Assembly (NCBI GenBank): GCA_049472335.1 | Contig: JBLIRO010000008.1 | Span: forward strand, 18,085-82,084 | DNA length: 64,000 nt | Source of the DNA: a bacterium | GTDB taxonomy: Bacteria; SZUA-182; DTGQ01; JAFGSM01 | Reading direction: 5' to 3' | In this document: positions 61,032 to 64,000 of the stretch, one piece after another | Numbering within the stretch: position 1 is the stretch's first letter | Layout: each line of letters opens with the position of its first letter | Made by a program: the position numbers and the translations under genes | Notes under the pieces: model-generated | What the model saw: only the letters and a program-made list of their open reading frames with translations | What the model was told of the DNA's origin: nothing | The model's database searches: none

Positions 61032-61844
61032 TTAAAAAATCTGTTTAGAATCATGCTTTAGGATATGCTTTTCATAATATTCCTGGGTAAGCAGCAAGGT
61101 GTCTTTTCTGTCAAACAACCGGCTATGGATTAAACCCCATTTCCAAAACAGATAAATAAAACATGTTGACAAAACACCAATACCATATACAACTGAACGA
61201 CGGAAGTTGATGGAGCTGGCTTCAGGGAAGTATTTTGTGGGACAGCTTATCTCACCCACCTGAAAATCAGAGGATATTGCCTGTGTCAGCATTTGATTAT
61301 CAAAAACAAAATCATCGGAATTTGCAAGAAGCGGAAGTTCCATTAGGACCTTTCGGGTGAATCCCCTGTAGCCGGTGTGATATTCTGATATTCTCGCTCC
61401 CAAAACCAGGTTCTGGATAAAGGTAAGGACACGGTTGGATATGTACTTATATAGCGGCATTCCCGCCCTGAGAGGAGAATTGCCCAGTATCCTGGAACCA
61501 AGGACAACGTCATAAATGCCGGATGCCAACATAGCGGCCATGGCGGTTATTAACCTCGGGTCATATTGATAATCAGGATGGAGCATGATTATTATATCAG
61601 CATCAAGCTTTATGGCCTCGCGGTAGCAGGTTTTCTGATTAGCACCGTATCCGAGGTTTTGCCTGTGAATGAACGTATCTATTCCAAGGCTCTCAGCAAG
61701 AAAGACAGTTTTATCATCACTGGCATCATCTACTAAAATAATCCTATCCACGATATCATGCGGAATATCCTTATATGTGCGCTCAAGTGTATGCTCCGCT
61801 TTATAGGCAGGCATCACAACCACAACCTTTTTCCCCTGAATCAT
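61032..61844 (-). CDS. GT2 polyprenol-phosphate glycosyltransferase (DPM1-like)
   Basis: 'VVVMPAY','LVDDASDD','NLGYG','HPDYQY','GSR','EYHTGYR'. Confidence 0.9.
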   Translation of the reverse strand: MIQGKKVVVVMPAYKAEHTLERTYKDIPHDIVDRIILVDDASDDKTVFLAESLGIDTFIHRQNLGYGANQKTCYREAIKLDADIIIMLHPDYQYDPRLITAMAAMLASGIYDVVLGSRILGNSPLRAGMPLYKYISNRVLTFIQNLVLGARISEYHTGYRGFTRKVLMELPLLANSDDFVFDNQMLTQAISSDFQVGEISCPTKYFPEASSINFRRSVVYGIGVLSTCFIYLFWKWGLIHSRLFDRKDTLLLTQEYYEKHILKHDSKQIF

Positions 61845-61992
61845 AAATATTTCCTCTTTTTGTTGTAATTGGAAAACAGATAGCAAGTATCACAGAGAAA
61901 TAATGTTTTTACGTTGGATGATATATACGTTAGATGATATATTTTCCTCTGATGGCTAATCTTTTTTTGAAAAAATTCAATAAATTGAACAG

Positions 61993-62008
61993 AGCAAAAA
62001 ATATGCCA
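61993..62008 (-). promoter_or_regulatory. sigma54 promoter of the glycosyltransferase pair
   Basis: TGGCATATTTTTTGCT. Confidence 0.72.
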
Positions 62009-62160
62009 TGGGGTAAAACAAATAGAGATATTTAACGAATATTGCAATATCTGTAAAACCGATGGTGATTTGCCCGGTATACAAATTTAAAAAAGAGATG
62101 ACCTGGTGTAATATTTATCTTTTTGCCTACATCATTTTATGGCTTTTTCATATTCTTTAT

Positions 62161-62236
62161 GTTAGGGATGTTGAGGGACGAGGGAGGTTGAGGGACGGTG
62201 TTAGTTTATTAGTTTAAAAAAATAGAACCGTCCCCT
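62161..62236. repeat. REP-like palindromic element with stutter repeats
   Basis: GGGACGGT...ACCGTCCC inverted ends (62192-62234), preceded by decaying GTTGAGGGAC copies. Confidence 0.75.
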
Positions 62237-62340
62237 TTTATTCTTTATACATTCCTCACCGTAGAAAAGTTATTGAAAATAAATAGTTTATTCCGTTTGT
62301 AGTTACGAAAGCCAATTTTGTGGTCAGTAAATACAATTAG

Positions 62341-62571
62341 TTACAGATCAACTGTTAAACTTGAGTTGTACAGATCTACATAATTACCCTTAAAGGCTAA
62401 TTTATAAGATACATTTTTATTTATTACTTTCTTGGCTATCTGATTCTGAAATCTCATTGGATTAATAGTAACAATGCATCCTTTATACAATAAATTGTGT
62501 CTTATTTTTCCCTTAGTTCGTGTATCAGGTATAAAGGAAAATGCCTTTGATTGAGACTGATCTAGCTTCAT
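62341..62571 (-). mobile_element. ISAs1-family transposase remnant, internally deleted
   Basis: N-terminal 'IPDTRTKGKIRHNL' fused directly to 'GCIVTINPMRFQNQIAKKVI..YKLAFKGN' (compare ISAs1 'IVTIDAMGCQ..IA..YVLALKGNQ'). Confidence 0.75.
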
Positions 62572-63254
62572 TATGGACTGCTATCTTTCATTTTAGGGTT
62601 TGCACATTTATAATGTCAAACTTGAAAGGATTTGTTTAGCTCAATTTTTTGCTGATAGCCTTTTATTTTTTTTATGTGTTTATTTTTGGAAATTTCTACT
62701 TTGGCTTGACATTTTTGAATATTTGTTTTGACAAAAACGAAAATTCTGTCTATACTTTTATATAGAAGAATAATTTTTTATAATCACAATCTAATCTAAA
62801 TCAAAAAATACCTTTTATCGGGATCGCTGAATAGTGTACCCAAACTGGTCAATCTCCTTTATGAATAGGTATTCAAATTAAAACAAAGTTCAGGAAAAAT
62901 GACCATGCTATTTTTTTTAAAAAATTAATTACTTAAATGGAATACATAAAAAAGAATTGATATAGATTATTATATTTTCTGCTTGCCTGATTATTAGATT
63001 ATCGAGAGATTCCAAAAAAACAAAAGCACTATGAGTATTACAGGAGACATTGATAATTGATAGTATAAATATATTCTATTTTGTAAGAGATAATACAATG
63101 CTTTTAATTTGACAAAATACTAAAATAATCAAAGAAGTTCATTGGCATTTTCCAGGGTTCTTAGCGAAGTGAAATATGATACTTTAAAAAGACCTAAACG
63201 ATGAAATGACTTTTTTAGGGATCCATCAATTATTTAAAAGAGGGGGATTAAGTG

Positions 63255-64000
63255 ATGAAAAAAAAAGGGTTTTTATTATCTATTATTCTATTTCTTAATA
63301 TTTTCTTACTCTTTATGACTCAAGCAATGGCAAATTGGACTATAGAATATGTTGATGCTCCAAAGTATTTTAAAAATATTTCTTCAAAAGCGATTATAGT
63401 TGACTCTAGTGGACATCCTCATATTGTGTATGGAGGAGACCATCTTTACTATGCTTATTATGACGGCATTAGCTGGCATAGTGAGACTGTCGACCCTTCG
63501 TTAGGTTTGGGTGAGTATGCCTCCATAGCCCTTGATTCTGAAGACAATGTACATATTAGCTATTATAATTATACCAATTATTCTCTCAAGTATGCCACAA
63601 ATGCCTCTGGCTCCTGGCAGACTTTCACTGTAGATGAGAATGGTTCAGTTGGAGCATATGCCTCCATAGCCCTTGATTCTGAAGACAATGTACATATTAG
63701 CTATCATAGTTATACCAACTATGATCTCAAGTATGCCACAAATTCTTCTGGCTCCTGGCAGACTTTTACTGTAGATGAGAATGGATCGGTTGGTCAGTAT
63801 ACCTCTATAGCTCTTGACACTCAAAAAAATGCCCATATTAGCTATTTCGACTTGACCAACAGTGATCTCAAGTATGCCACCTATACTTCAGCCTCCTGGC
63901 AAACTTTCACTCTGGATGAGAATGGTTCTGTTGGTAAGTATACCTCCATAGCCATTGATTCTCAAGAAAAAGCCCACATAAGCTACCTTGATAATATCAA
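63255..64000 (+). CDS. Secreted beta-propeller repeat protein, truncated by window end (absent from ORF track)
   Basis: Signal peptide MKKKGFLL..AMA; open to 64000; 47-aa (141-bp) repeats 'YASIALDSEDNVHISY..LKYATN.SGSWQTFTVDENGSVG' from 63516. Confidence 0.88.
   Translation, partial: MKKKGFLLSIILFLNIFLLFMTQAMANWTIEYVDAPKYFKNISSKAIIVDSSGHPHIVYGGDHLYYAYYDGISWHSETVDPSLGLGEYASIALDSEDNVHISYYNYTNYSLKYATNASGSWQTFTVDENGSVGAYASIALDSEDNVHISYHSYTNYDLKYATNSSGSWQTFTVDENGSVGQYTSIALDTQKNAHISYFDLTNSDLKYATYTSASWQTFTLDENGSVGKYTSIAIDSQEKAHISYLDNI

Noticed and set aside
38944..62216. 23-kb composite transposon bounded by the 25-bp inverted copies
   Set aside because: No transposase inside and no target duplication seen; more likely independent dispersed copies.

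Overview
Gene-dense accessory region of a diderm bacterium, judged from an outer-membrane barrel protein, a PEP-CTERM protein and sigma54 regulators. The gene style resembles Desulfobacterota or a related uncultured lineage, but this is inference only. I found no rRNA, tRNA or CRISPR array. Most of the window encodes large secreted or surface proteins: FG-GAP/M14/cohesin, beta-helix/dockerin/PKD, PKD/Kazal, LTD/DUF4353, PEP-CTERM, beta-propeller and low-complexity YGGL or Pro-rich proteins. Three of these end in the same GWxMI...GYW tandem domain, and a fourth carries a diverged copy. Also present are an OtsB1-like trehalose fusion enzyme, a TPR-barrel/FecR operon, two NtrC-type two-component systems (one sensor is an ammonium transporter-GAF-histidine kinase fusion), a GT2/GT-C pair, about eight sigma54 promoter matches, IS91 and ISAs1 remnants, and several small inverted-repeat elements. 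The best candidate for an undescribed system is a membrane-anchored nSTAND1-WD40 NLR-like receptor (30058-33873) translationally coupled to a small helical protein (33873-34376). Both begin with the same 21-residue Gly/Asn/Ile-rich motif, the layout expected for amyloid-type receptor-to-effector signalling. All domain calls come from reading motifs by eye; no database searches were run.
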